Below are positions 1 to 10,194 of a DNA stretch of 64,000 bases, piece after piece. This DNA comes from an uncultured Fibrobacter sp. (GTDB taxonomy: Bacteria; Fibrobacterota; Fibrobacteria; Fibrobacterales; Fibrobacteraceae): contig CAMHOW010000001.1 in assembly GCA_946186895.1 (NCBI GenBank), forward strand, positions 50,843 to 114,842. The letters run 5' to 3'. Numbering within the stretch: the stretch's first letter is position 1; each line of letters begins with the position of its first letter. The notes under the pieces were generated by a model. The model was not told the DNA's origin. It saw nothing but the letters and a program-made list of their open reading frames with translations, and searched no databases. The position numbers were made by a program, and so were the translations under genes.

Positions 1-1139
1 CCCACCTCTACGCCGGTCTTGCGCAGGTTTTCGGCCAGGGCCTCGTTCACAGGGCGCCACTGCTTGCGCAGTTCCTTGGGGAGCCGCAAAATGGTTTCGC
101 CTTCGGCAAAGCAGGCCGCCACCGCCAGCAGGGGAAATTCCTCGATGGAAGTAGCCACGGTGTCTTCGCCAAAGCGGCGGCCCTGCAGGCGCTTACCCGC
201 ATCTACGGGGAAAACTTCCAAATCGCCGAACACGTCGCCGTACTTTTCACGGCGGGTCACAATCTCGATGTTGGCCCCCATGCGCTTGAGGCAGTTAATA
301 GCCCCCACACGGCTACTGTTCAGCTCCACGTTCTTGATGAGGATACGGTTCCCCTTGGGTACCGCCCCGATAGTAGAGAGCAGAATCAAGGCCATAGCCT
401 CAGTAAAGTCGCCAGGCACGTAGTAGTCGCGGCCCGTAATCACCTTGGTCTCGGACTGCTCGGTGAACTGGGTGCGTTCCACCTTCTTGCCCTGAGCCAT
501 AAGCAGGCGGCGTTCAAATTCGCTGAGCTGTTCCACGCCACGGCCCTCGTAACGGAGGGGCACACCAAAATACTGAAGCATGCGGGTCCACTGGTCGCGA
601 ACGACCGTCTTCTCTTCAAAGCTTATGAATTCCCCACGAATCAGAGCGCGGGTCATAAGCCTGTTCCGCATGATGTAAGGCACGCTCCCCAAAGAATCCT
701 TCTTGAGGGAGGGATCGGCGGTATCAAAGCGGAACTTGAAATCGGAGGGGCTGTCGGACTCCACGTGAATCTTGAAATAGGCCTGGAGCCGTTCCTTGGC
801 AAGGGCCACGGCGGCAATACCCGCCTCGTCGTTCTCGGCGGCAAAGGTAAAGACCTGTTCTGTTTCGCGGCTCGCAAGAGTCCACAAAAGAATACTGTCA
901 CGCTCCCCGAAGTTGATGGGAAGCAGGGAGGGAACGGGGTACTGGAATCCCTTGCCGGTAAGCACCATCTCGTGCCCCTGCAAGTTCAGGGTAAGACCGA
1001 ATTCCTCTAGGGCATTCGCAAAGCTACGGCCTTCCGCCGACCAGGAAAAATCCTCCAGCACGGTGCGGCCATTGACCAGCAGCGCCATGACCAGGGTCAG
1101 GTTTGTCCGTTCTCTATCTGGATTCAGGTAGAATTCCAT
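1..1139 (-). CDS. AroA/EPSP synthase-fold protein, highly divergent (3' end outside window)
   Basis: Not in ORF track. Hand translation from ATG 1139 (overlaps tyrA stop, TAATG) is open to the window edge: MEFYLNPDRERTNLTLVMALLVNGRTVLED...RDQWTRMLQYFG...VPGDFTEA...NVELNSSRVG..LKRMGANIEI...IEEFPLLAVAACFAEGETIL. Scaffold and position after tyrA match class II AroA. Confidence 0.75.
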   Translation of the reverse strand, partial: MEFYLNPDRERTNLTLVMALLVNGRTVLEDFSWSAEGRSFANALEEFGLTLNLQGHEMVLTGKGFQYPVPSLLPINFGERDSILLWTLASRETEQVFTFAAENDEAGIAAVALAKERLQAYFKIHVESDSPSDFKFRFDTADPSLKKDSLGSVPYIMRNRLMTRALIRGEFISFEEKTVVRDQWTRMLQYFGVPLRYEGRGVEQLSEFERRLLMAQGKKVERTQFTEQSETKVITGRDYYVPGDFTEAMALILLSTIGAVPKGNRILIKNVELNSSRVGAINCLKRMGANIEIVTRREKYGDVFGDLEVFPVDAGKRLQGRRFGEDTVATSIEEFPLLAVAACFAEGETILRLPKELRKQWRPVNEALAENLRKTGVEV

Positions 1140-2299
1140 TATCTTCCCTTGACTTCGTAATCCAGATACTTCAAAATCTTGAGGGCACGGGCGGCCTCAT
1201 CTTCGGTCTTGAAGGCGAGCAGGAGTGTGCCCGCCACGTTCTCACGGACCTTCATGAGTTCCACATCGCGGACGTTGATGCCTTCTTGGGCCAGAGGTTC
1301 CAACACGCTGAGGAGAGCGCCGGGCTTGTCCTTCAGCTGGACCGTAATCTCGAAGAATGCCGAAGCGGCGTTACGGCCCGGCGCGAACAGACTTGCACGG
1401 CCGTCGTTACCGGCCTTGAAAATCTTTTCCAGCGCAGCGGAATTGTCCGACTGGCTGACGTCAGAAGGCAGCGAACCGTCCACCACCTTCAGGGCGTTCA
1501 TAGCCTCGATGGTACGGTCAAGCCCCGCACGGACCTCTTCCAGCGCCCGGACGGTTTCCTTGCGGTTGGTGACGGCAATGTCATGCCACATTCCCCAGCC
1601 CGAGGCGGCTATGCGGGTCATGTCCCGGAAGGCGCGACCGGCGTAATGCTGGTAGTTGTGAGAAAGCAGGCGTTCCGGCAAATTCCCCGCCAGCGTAGAG
1701 CTGAGCATCTGGGGCATGTGGGAAACCCAGGCCATAGTGGCATCGTGATGCTCCGGCGGGAACACCACGGCGTTGGCCCCCAGGAACTTCACCAGGGTAA
1801 GCAGAGGCTCGTAAACCGATTCTTCCATACCCTCGGGCGGGCATACGAACCAGTAGGCGTTCTCGAAAATCGCAGGATCGTTATGTTCGCAGGTCCGCTT
1901 CTCGGAACCCGCCATAGGGTGGCTCCCCACAAAACGGAACGGGGCCGGCAGGGTCGCCCCAGCCTTGCAGATTTCCACCTTGGTGCTGCCGATGTCGGAA
2001 ACCAGCACCTGACGCCCAGAGGCTTCTGCCCCCTTTGCCCAAGACACCCCCTTCAGGGCCTCCATGGTCTTCAAGATGTGGAGGATGGGCCCGCACAGCA
2101 AAATCAGGTCGCTATCCTTGGACCACTCCTCTACGGTGTCGTATTCGAAAAACTCGTTGGCCAGCTCCAGTTCCTGGGCACGCTTCAGCGTGGCGGCAGA
2201 ACTCACCGCCCGGATAATGGCCGGAAACTTGGCCTGCTTGACAGCGGCCGCAATGGAACTGGCCAAAAGCCCAAAACCAACCAAGGTGAACCGTTTCAT
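1139..2299 (-). CDS. tyrA: Prephenate dehydrogenase with C-terminal ACT domain
   Basis: SDIGSTK, FVGSHPMAGSE, HDATMAWVSHMP, FRDMTRIA motifs; ACT-like DKPGAL. Confidence 0.92.
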   Translation of the reverse strand: MKRFTLVGFGLLASSIAAAVKQAKFPAIIRAVSSAATLKRAQELELANEFFEYDTVEEWSKDSDLILLCGPILHILKTMEALKGVSWAKGAEASGRQVLVSDIGSTKVEICKAGATLPAPFRFVGSHPMAGSEKRTCEHNDPAIFENAYWFVCPPEGMEESVYEPLLTLVKFLGANAVVFPPEHHDATMAWVSHMPQMLSSTLAGNLPERLLSHNYQHYAGRAFRDMTRIAASGWGMWHDIAVTNRKETVRALEEVRAGLDRTIEAMNALKVVDGSLPSDVSQSDNSAALEKIFKAGNDGRASLFAPGRNAASAFFEITVQLKDKPGALLSVLEPLAQEGINVRDVELMKVRENVAGTLLLAFKTEDEAARALKILKYLDYEVKGR

Positions 2300-2562
2300 C
2301 AGTCCTCCACCTTGCGGGTCTCTTCCATGACGACCTGGAAAATGCGTTTGATGGATTCCTCGCTCAAGGGGCCTTCACCTTTGCGGGCCAGCTCCCCCAC
2401 GGCATCGAGAACCCTGGATTCCCTTTCCGGGTCCAAAACCGGCAGCCCCGCAAGCTTTTTTTCCTTCCCGATCTCACGGGCGAAAGACGCCCTCTTGTTC
2501 AAGAGGGAGATAAGCTCGACGTTCAGTTCGTCTATACGGGCTCGCCAGTCATCAATAGTCAT
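2299..2562 (-). CDS. Chorismate mutase, AroQ type (monofunctional)
   Basis: WRARIDELN..LISLLNKRA..AREIG..K, VLDPERE motifs. Confidence 0.9.
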   Translation of the reverse strand: MTIDDWRARIDELNVELISLLNKRASFAREIGKEKKLAGLPVLDPERESRVLDAVGELARKGEGPLSEESIKRIFQVVMEETRKVED

Positions 2563-2592
2563 GGCGCGAAAGATAGCAAAATACGCCCCCGT

Positions 2593-2766
2593 CTACCCTT
2601 CCATATTATCGAAATCGGACTTGAGCGCACCACAACGGGGGCAAAGCCAGTAATCGGGCAGTTCCTGGAACGGTGTCCACGGAGTTTCGCCATTTTCGGG
2701 ATCTCCGAACTCGGGATTATAGACATAGTTGCAGACACAGCACTGATAGCGGTCAAATTCAGACAT
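2593..2766 (-). CDS. Rubredoxin
   Basis: CxxC (CCVC) [10 protein letters not shown]...[11 protein letters not shown]; start taken at ATG 2766 downstream of GAGG. Confidence 0.9.
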   Translation of the reverse strand: MSEFDRYQCCVCNYVYNPEFGDPENGETPWTPFQELPDYWLCPRCGALKSDFDNMEG

Positions 2767-2940
2767 ATGGAAACCTCTTGTGTTCAATCCTCATACAATA
2801 ATATCGCCTAAACAGTCGAGAATGTCAAGTAATATGCTCAAAAAGGGCTGTTTTCGCCTTATGCTAAAAACAGGGCTGTTTTTTTACATTTATCCCCTTT
2901 TTGACGATATACAACAAGAACTAGAAACTATATTCTCAAT

Positions 2941-5900
2941 ATGCTACATCTAAAATTTGCACTGAATCTTGAAAATCTCGCCGACAAAATGATCGAGGAG
3001 ATTACGTCTATCTGGAACAACCCATTCGAAGCTCCGGTCGTGATATTCCCCGACCCGAAACTGGAGCAGTGGTTCCGCCTTCGCTGGATGAAAAAGAAGG
3101 GCGTTCTCGCCAACCTGAACAAGAGTACCATTGACCGGTTCCTGTTCGATATCCTGGTGGGAGACAATCGCAAATTGAAAAAGCTCTCATCGGAAATGCT
3201 CGCAAATGTGATCATGGCATATTTGTTGGGTAATGACGAAAACGGCAAACCCAATTACGAAGTCATCGACGAAAGCGGTTTTCTAGCCAAATACCTCACT
3301 GAGACAGAGTCTGAATCAGAAAAGCGACAGATTAGCTCAATTCGACTCTATGACCTTGCTAACAAGTTGGCAGGCCTTTTCCTGGAATACGAAATAAGCC
3401 GCCCTCAGAATTTTTTGCAAAATGCCGAAGGGGGAAAGGCCAACGGGATTCTCGATTACTGGGCGGAGGATCTTCTGAAAACACCGGATGGTCTAAAGGA
3501 CTTTTTTGTGAAAAAGACCAAAGACAACAAATCCGTGCCGGTCGATAATGAATCCTGGGAAAGGGCTCTTTACTCCAAGATTTTCCATAATGTAAACGGA
3601 AAATCCCTATTGACGCAAGTTTTTGAAAAGGCTGATAGTGAACCTGATCCAAAGAGTAAGACCAAGTACCTTACACTTCCGTTCCTTTATAAAGCTTGCT
3701 GTGATTCTAGTGGAAAACCTGACTTCAAGTACAAATCCAAGGCCCCGGTGTTTATCTTTGGACTTTCGGGTATGGGGCAGTTCTATAGAGTTGTATTGCG
3801 GGAATTCGCAAAGCAATACGAAGTTCATGCCTATATCCAGAACCCGTGTATGGAATTCTGGGAAGACATTGATACACATACCCCTGTGCCGAAACTCGCC
3901 TCCGTTCCCAAAATTGTAACAACCTTGGAAGGCGAAGAAAAGTTGGAGACGGAGGACCCTGTTCTAGAGAACGAAAACAATCTTCTGCGCTATTGGGGAA
4001 AGGCCGGGCGTGACAACATAAGACTATGGTGTCTTGCGGACGACTACTCCACCTGCGATTTTAGCAAAATGGAATGCGCAAAGATGTCGGACGACAGACA
4101 GGAATCTCCTAAAAATCTTCTGCAGGCCACACAACTCCTTGTGGCAAAACGCAAGAACAAATTTGGCGACAAACTGCTAAAGAGGGAAAAGGACGACGAG
4201 TCGCTCACCATAATGGCGGCCCCTAGCAAGCTCCGCGAAGTCGAAGCGCTGCACTCCTCAATTTGCAAGTTGCTTCAGAAGGGTGTAAAGGCGACCGACA
4301 TCCTAGTGGTATCCCCGAACTTGCGGGAATACAGTCCTTTCATTTATCAAATTTTTGATCAGGCAAAGAATGCTGCCGAGAATGGGGATAAATCGTTTGT
4401 CCACATTCCCTACACGATAGCAGATTCCGTTACCAAGGAATCCCTTGTCGGAGCCTTGATTAGGACACTGTTCCAAGTGAGGAAGCAACACTCCGTATCG
4501 CGAGCAGACTTCTTTGACTTGGTGCGTAACCCGGTTGTGCAAAATGCCCGTGGCATTACCCCCGATATGGTTTCCATTTGGGAAACCTGGTTGACCGAGA
4601 TGAATGTCTATCGCGATAGACCCGAACAAAAGGAAGGTAGTGGACCATGGAACCTTGCCAAAAAAAGGATGCTATTGGCCAGGCTGACGACAAATGTACA
4701 GCAGTCAGCCGATGGTACCGTCTATACGCCTTATGCAAATATGAACAGCACGAACGACAACGTTCTGCTCAAGTTTATCAATGCCATTGAAGATCTTGAA
4801 AAATGGACGACCTGTTTCAAGAATGGTCTTGCAGAAAATGAAATCGAGACTCTGCTTGAAACGCTCAATCGTTGGGCAAGAATGGGAAGCGCCACAGGTG
4901 ACCTAGCTGCAGAAACGGGCTCTTACAACGAAGTTTGCAAGGCCCTTTACCGCCTAAAGTACATGTTCTACGCGGATACGATAAAAACAATCTCGATGGA
5001 AATTGTACGCGAGGCTTTACTGCAAGTAGCGACCGTTTCGGAATTCAGTTTCGGCAGCTTGTTCGTAAACGGAATTTCCTTTATGAAGTTCGCCCCGAAC
5101 CGAATCATTCCCGTAAAGCACCTGTTCTTCCTAGGCGCAGATGCCGACCACTTCCCCACAGACGAATCCTTCAACACACTAGATTTGCGGAGGCAAATTC
5201 GCCCATGGCCCGGTGACGATTCTAGCATTAGCCGGAACCGCTATGCATTCCTTTGCCAGCTGATGAGCACCTCCGAAGGATTCCACATCAGTTACCAAAA
5301 TATAAACCTTGTTAAGGATAGCGAAATATATCCGTCGCCGATCATTAGTGACCTAAAAAACTTTGTGGCCGGCTTTGCCGAGAAATGGGTTGATGATTCA
5401 GGTAACGAGCACGAGCCCCTGCATACGGAACCGATTCCACTTGACGAAACCCGTAGCAAAGATTGCCTATTTACAAGGCGAGGCCGCAGGTATTTGAAAT
5501 CCATAGAACTCATTCGTAATTTCAAGTCGGAAGAAGACAACGAGTCTTCAGCGGGTGCTGCAAATAGCAAACCGCAATCAAGTCATCCGGATAAAGTGAA
5601 AATTTCTCAGTTGAAAAATTTCCTTAACGATCCTTTCCAATTCTATGTAAATCGCATACTTCGCTTGGAAAAATCAGATGAAGACCCGACAGAAAAGTAT
5701 GTTGAGCCGATCAGTCTCGATATACTTGACGAATCTTTGTTCCTGAAGCAGTCCATCTATATCGAAAAAGGACTCGACAAGGACTATGGGAATGTTGAAC
5801 AATTTTTCAGCGGTCTAACCAACCAAGGAAATATCCCGTCGGGGAAATTTGGCAACGGTGTAGCCGAAAAGATAAAAGGCCGTGCGAAAGAAATAAAGGA

Positions 5901-6522
5901 CGAATTAGACCGAATCTTCCCGGCAAGTACATACACTTGCCAAACGATTGAACTGAACGAACGCATCTCCGATGAAAAACAAGTGGATTTTATACTGCAA
6001 GGCAATATTCCGCTTGTTTTCAAATCTACAGATAAGCTTGTCGTGGTCGAAATTAGCCGGAACGACAAGAAACCTACTGCATCTAAATTCTTGACCTCTT
6101 ATATCGGGGCACTTGCTCTAATCACTTCAGGTCAGGCAAATAAAGTCGACTTATTTGTTACGACAGGAAAATGTAAGGGCGCTAATGACTATGACGCCTA
6201 TGCATGCCACATAGACATCAGTAAAGATGACGCAAAGGAGGTCTTGTGCAAAATCTATGAGAAGGCTTTTGTTGTCAACGAGAAGAAGGTTCTGCCGATT
6301 GACCTTATCTGTTCTGACCTAGGCGATCTTGAAGCACTTAAGCAGAAACTTGATGGCGATCACGGATCCTGGAAATATTTCGACGGAAAGGAAGTCTTCT
6401 TAGAAGATCTGAAAAAGCATTCCGGTTATTCTGACAAATTTAAGCAAGAGTGGAAAGACGCATGCGAAGATCAACAAAGATTGCTAGGAAAATCCTTAGT
6501 AGAAAAGATTAAAAGTAGGTAA
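2941..6522 (+). CDS. recC: Exodeoxyribonuclease V gamma subunit
   Basis: NPF..PVVI, FIFGLSGM, NPCMEFWED, LLRYWGKAGR, SKLREVEALH, ISQLKNFLNDP; immediately upstream of recB and recD. Confidence 0.88.
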   Translation: MLHLKFALNLENLADKMIEEITSIWNNPFEAPVVIFPDPKLEQWFRLRWMKKKGVLANLNKSTIDRFLFDILVGDNRKLKKLSSEMLANVIMAYLLGNDENGKPNYEVIDESGFLAKYLTETESESEKRQISSIRLYDLANKLAGLFLEYEISRPQNFLQNAEGGKANGILDYWAEDLLKTPDGLKDFFVKKTKDNKSVPVDNESWERALYSKIFHNVNGKSLLTQVFEKADSEPDPKSKTKYLTLPFLYKACCDSSGKPDFKYKSKAPVFIFGLSGMGQFYRVVLREFAKQYEVHAYIQNPCMEFWEDIDTHTPVPKLASVPKIVTTLEGEEKLETEDPVLENENNLLRYWGKAGRDNIRLWCLADDYSTCDFSKMECAKMSDDRQESPKNLLQATQLLVAKRKNKFGDKLLKREKDDESLTIMAAPSKLREVEALHSSICKLLQKGVKATDILVVSPNLREYSPFIYQIFDQAKNAAENGDKSFVHIPYTIADSVTKESLVGALIRTLFQVRKQHSVSRADFFDLVRNPVVQNARGITPDMVSIWETWLTEMNVYRDRPEQKEGSGPWNLAKKRMLLARLTTNVQQSADGTVYTPYANMNSTNDNVLLKFINAIEDLEKWTTCFKNGLAENEIETLLETLNRWARMGSATGDLAAETGSYNEVCKALYRLKYMFYADTIKTISMEIVREALLQVATVSEFSFGSLFVNGISFMKFAPNRIIPVKHLFFLGADADHFPTDESFNTLDLRRQIRPWPGDDSSISRNRYAFLCQLMSTSEGFHISYQNINLVKDSEIYPSPIISDLKNFVAGFAEKWVDDSGNEHEPLHTEPIPLDETRSKDCLFTRRGRRYLKSIELIRNFKSEEDNESSAGAANSKPQSSHPDKVKISQLKNFLNDPFQFYVNRILRLEKSDEDPTEKYVEPISLDILDESLFLKQSIYIEKGLDKDYGNVEQFFSGLTNQGNIPSGKFGNGVAEKIKGRAKEIKDELDRIFPASTYTCQTIELNERISDEKQVDFILQGNIPLVFKSTDKLVVVEISRNDKKPTASKFLTSYIGALALITSGQANKVDLFVTTGKCKGANDYDAYACHIDISKDDAKEVLCKIYEKAFVVNEKKVLPIDLICSDLGDLEALKQKLDGDHGSWKYFDGKEVFLEDLKKHSGYSDKFKQEWKDACEDQQRLLGKSLVEKIKSR

Positions 6523-6526
6523 AAAG

Positions 6527-9500
6527 ATGAATAATGTTAACGACTTAATCCCTTTTGACATAAACGTCTTTGCCCAAGAAATCAAGAAATCTGGTTTAGA
6601 CAAAAATATGTACATCGAGGCTTCTGCAGGAACCGGAAAGACCTTCACCATCCGTAAGCTTTCTGCCGAACTGGTCAGGAACAGGATACCCCTTTCCGAG
6701 GTTCTGTTTGTGACCTATACGGATAAGGCTGCCGGAGAAATGCGAGACCGAATCCGTGAAGAAATGGTCGAATGCTTGTCAAACGCAAAACCCGAAGAAA
6801 AGCCCCTATTTGAACGTGCATGTCAAGATATCGACAAGGCCGTGATTGGAACAATCCATTCGTTCTGCCGCAAGACCCTCCATGACTTTGCTTACGAAGC
6901 AAATGTTCCCTTTGACATGGAAAACGCTAATGACCAAGCCGCCGAAGCGGTTATTGACAGGCTTATCCGCGACGAATGGGAAGACGAAATATGCAATTTG
7001 AAGTTAAAAAATAGTCTGCCCGAAGAAGTCGAAAGCATTAAGGATCTACTCAAGAATTCTCTGAAGTCATATTCACCAGAGAAAAAGCCCGTACTTCCTC
7101 CTAAAAGCATAGAGGAATGGCTTGAGCAGAATTCAGCAGAAGAACGTTATTGGGAAATCTTAAACAAGAATAAAGGAAAAAACTTTGTTGCTATAGACAG
7201 AGGTAAGGAAAAAACTTTTTCTGTGGCAGATGTTATAGACAAGATATCTAAGTGGACTGGAAGCGGGGTGTTGTTTACAGGAACAGGAAAAACCCTCGTT
7301 TACGAAACAGCGGACGAATTGGGAGAAGCCCTTAGATATTTCTATGACCTAAGGGAAAGTCCTGCAAAAACGATAAAATTGAGCTCTGAAGACGAAGTTG
7401 CCCGATTCAAATTCCTCAACAAAAAAACAGAGGAGCTTTACAAGCGTTGGCAACAAGAAAAGGCTCTGCAGAAGGCACAGTCTTTCAATGATATGATATC
7501 GGCTGTTCGCGATGCCGTATGCCCAAATGGAGAACCCTCCGATAAGCCGACCTTCCTATGTCAAAAGATCCAAAAGGCGTATCAGGTGGCTATCATCGAC
7601 GAGTTCCAGGACACAAACGAATCGCAATGGAAAATCTTCGAAACTGTATTCTTAAAAAGCAAAAAGAACCATATCATCGTCGTGGGCGACCCGAAACAGT
7701 CCATTTATAGTTTCCAGGGGGCAGACCTGGATATTTACCGGCAAGCGACAAAGAGTATCGGCAACGGTAGTAAGCTAGCGACCAATTACCGTTCATCTAT
7801 CTCAATGATTAAAGCCTGCAATTTGTTGTTCAAGTCACACGATGGATCAGACGATTTCCCAAAGACAATATACCCGTTTTTACCGGAGGGCGACTTCAGT
7901 GATTCCGACGACCCAAAAGAGGTCAAAGATCAACGACAAGACGCTTTGTTCAATGGAGAAAAGACAACGCCCATTTGGGTTTCGCCAATCCTCCCCGAAG
8001 AAGGCTTTGCTCGTTTTGCGGTCCAGAAGATAATCGATTGCTGCAAGGTGCAAGATGGAAAGACTGCCCTGCAGATTTTTGATCGCGGTGCGACGACGCC
8101 TCGCAATGTAAGCTTTAAGGACTTTGCCGTTCTCGGGCGTACAAGGCCAGAAATGGATGAAATCAAGAAATGCCTCACGAACGTTGGCATTCCCTTCGTG
8201 CTTTACAAGGACAATTCTCTATTCAGCTCCAAAGAGTGCGCAGAATGGATTTCCGTTCTCAGGATGCTTGCGGCGCCGAATCTGAACGGATACAACGGTA
8301 AATTGCTCAATGGGGTGCTCGTAACTGATTTCTTCGGAAAGGACCTATACAGTTTGACTGACGAACCGCAAGCAACCCTTGACGAAAATACGCTTGCACA
8401 GATTGCCTATTGGCGACTTCTGGCATCCAAGAGACAATGGACGGAATTGCAGGAACAGATCTACGAAGATACGCATGTCGAAGAAAAACTGAGCAAGCCA
8501 TCAAAATTGCAGGATTTGGCGAAGCTACGCCAAATAGGCAATTATATCTTTGGCTACCTGTACGAAAAGAAAGCCTCTCTTCAGCAGGCCATCAAACACC
8601 TAGAAACCCTTGCAAGCAACAGCAATAAGGCCGGTGATGAAGATCAGAGTCTCGTTGCTAAGGGAACAGACTTCAAGGCGGTGCAGTTGATGACCATTCA
8701 TGCTTCAAAAGGCCTCGAATTCCCCGTAGTTATATCCTGTGCGGGGTATAAGGGTGTAAACGATCGTGCCGATGGTCCTTACACGTTCAGTAAGGAAGAC
8801 TCTGAACAGAATGAAGACAATAAAAAATCGAAAAAACTGACAAAGTATTTCGGTTATGATGATGCATCCAAAGACAATCGTCAACTAGAAGAAATCGTTG
8901 AGTGGCATCGTCTGCTTTATGTAGACTATACGCGAGCATCGTCTCTCTTAATTTTGCCGCAATACGATAGGTGGTTCGTAAGCGAAAAAGAAATAAATGA
9001 AAAAACGGGCAAAACCCGCATCGCCTATGAAGAGTGCTATGGTTTGACAATGAGAAAGCTCCATCGTGAAAATGGAGATGTCGTTATTGACGGCGATTCT
9101 CCATGGGCATTCCTAGCCGAGGCTCACCGCAAAATTTACAACATAAACGAATTTGCAACACCATGTCAATGGGACGGTTCATGGGATGATAAAGATCTTC
9201 AGAAGATAGCGGCCGAAGAAATCGATTTCCTTAACAAGGAAGATAAGCCGATTGATTCGGAGCTTCCGAGCCAGGCGATCATCGACCAAATTCAGAAGAT
9301 ACTTAAGAATTCAAGTCTATACCAACATTCCTATTCTTCTATTGACAAGAAATCTCCAGGAACCGAGATTGAATCCGTCGATGGTCGCTTACTAGAACGA
9401 GCCGGTGACGAAGGCGATGACGATGACGAAGTACTGAGTGGAGTAAGTGAAGATACAGATTATCCACGTGGGAACATCTTTGGCGAAGCGCTGCACCATA

Positions 9501-10174
9501 TATTCGAAGATCTTGACTTTGTACGAATCGGCGGTCTAACGTATGACAAGGCTCAAAAAGATCCGGAACTCCTCGATCTTATCACAAATAAATTTTTGGC
9601 GCAGGGCCTGCCCATTGGCAAGCACCCCAATTGGGTGCCTAGAACGGTTGAAATCGTCTGGAATACGATGAACGCATCGCTCCCTGAAATACACGGGAAC
9701 CAAAAAACCGGGCAAGTATTTAGCCTCAAGAAGCTTGATTCTAAAGATAGGTTGGCCGAAATGGAATTCCACATGGACGTCAACAAGGATGACTGCGACG
9801 ACAAACCCAAGACCTTCTGCAAGGGCTTCATGGATTTGGTCTTTGTAAGCAATGAAAGCGGCGAATACTACTCCGTACTGGACTGGAAATCGAACCTTCT
9901 ACAGAAATACGATTCCAAATCCACCTTTGAGGCCGCCAAGGAGCACTACTCCATCCAAATGGTCCTGTATTCCTACAGCTTGATTATGTGGCTCTGCAGC
10001 ATCAAGGGGAAAACTCCCGACGAGGTATTCAAAGAACACTTTGGCGGAATTTACTATGTGTTCGCCCGAGGTTGCAAGGCGAATGAGGACAGCGGCATCT
10101 TTGCGCATACCTGGAATGATTTCGGGGAACTAGAAGCCGCGTATAAGATTGTTAGGGAATTGATGTTCAAGTAG
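6527..10174 (+). CDS. recB: Exodeoxyribonuclease V beta subunit (UvrD-type helicase plus PD-(D/E)xK nuclease)
   Basis: IEASAGTGKT, TIHSFC, IDEFQDT, VGDPKQSIYSF, MTIHASKGLEF; nuclease EMEF..GFMDLVF..LDWKSN..YSIQ..Y. Confidence 0.92.
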   Translation: MNNVNDLIPFDINVFAQEIKKSGLDKNMYIEASAGTGKTFTIRKLSAELVRNRIPLSEVLFVTYTDKAAGEMRDRIREEMVECLSNAKPEEKPLFERACQDIDKAVIGTIHSFCRKTLHDFAYEANVPFDMENANDQAAEAVIDRLIRDEWEDEICNLKLKNSLPEEVESIKDLLKNSLKSYSPEKKPVLPPKSIEEWLEQNSAEERYWEILNKNKGKNFVAIDRGKEKTFSVADVIDKISKWTGSGVLFTGTGKTLVYETADELGEALRYFYDLRESPAKTIKLSSEDEVARFKFLNKKTEELYKRWQQEKALQKAQSFNDMISAVRDAVCPNGEPSDKPTFLCQKIQKAYQVAIIDEFQDTNESQWKIFETVFLKSKKNHIIVVGDPKQSIYSFQGADLDIYRQATKSIGNGSKLATNYRSSISMIKACNLLFKSHDGSDDFPKTIYPFLPEGDFSDSDDPKEVKDQRQDALFNGEKTTPIWVSPILPEEGFARFAVQKIIDCCKVQDGKTALQIFDRGATTPRNVSFKDFAVLGRTRPEMDEIKKCLTNVGIPFVLYKDNSLFSSKECAEWISVLRMLAAPNLNGYNGKLLNGVLVTDFFGKDLYSLTDEPQATLDENTLAQIAYWRLLASKRQWTELQEQIYEDTHVEEKLSKPSKLQDLAKLRQIGNYIFGYLYEKKASLQQAIKHLETLASNSNKAGDEDQSLVAKGTDFKAVQLMTIHASKGLEFPVVISCAGYKGVNDRADGPYTFSKEDSEQNEDNKKSKKLTKYFGYDDASKDNRQLEEIVEWHRLLYVDYTRASSLLILPQYDRWFVSEKEINEKTGKTRIAYEECYGLTMRKLHRENGDVVIDGDSPWAFLAEAHRKIYNINEFATPCQWDGSWDDKDLQKIAAEEIDFLNKEDKPIDSELPSQAIIDQIQKILKNSSLYQHSYSSIDKKSPGTEIESVDGRLLERAGDEGDDDDEVLSGVSEDTDYPRGNIFGEALHHIFEDLDFVRIGGLTYDKAQKDPELLDLITNKFLAQGLPIGKHPNWVPRTVEIVWNTMNASLPEIHGNQKTGQVFSLKKLDSKDRLAEMEFHMDVNKDDCDDKPKTFCKGFMDLVFVSNESGEYYSVLDWKSNLLQKYDSKSTFEAAKEHYSIQMVLYSYSLIMWLCSIKGKTPDEVFKEHFGGIYYVFARGCKANEDSGIFAHTWNDFGELEAAYKIVRELMFK

Positions 10175-10194
10175 GGTAAACCGGAGATTAGAAA

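Noticed and set aside
2255-2290. TyrA nucleotide-binding loop GFGLLA instead of GxGxxG
   Set aside because: GxGxxA variants occur in Rossmann folds and all other TyrA motifs are intact.
1103-2653. 516-aa plus-strand ORF
   Set aside because: Antisense shadow of tyrA, chorismate mutase and rubredoxin; no recognisable motifs. GC-rich third positions suppress antisense stops.
2839-2885. AAAAAGGGCTGTTTT / AAAAACAGGGCTGTTTTT pair upstream of recC as an operator or island boundary
   Set aside because: Short, low complexity, not matched at the other end of the low-GC block, and not assignable to a regulator.
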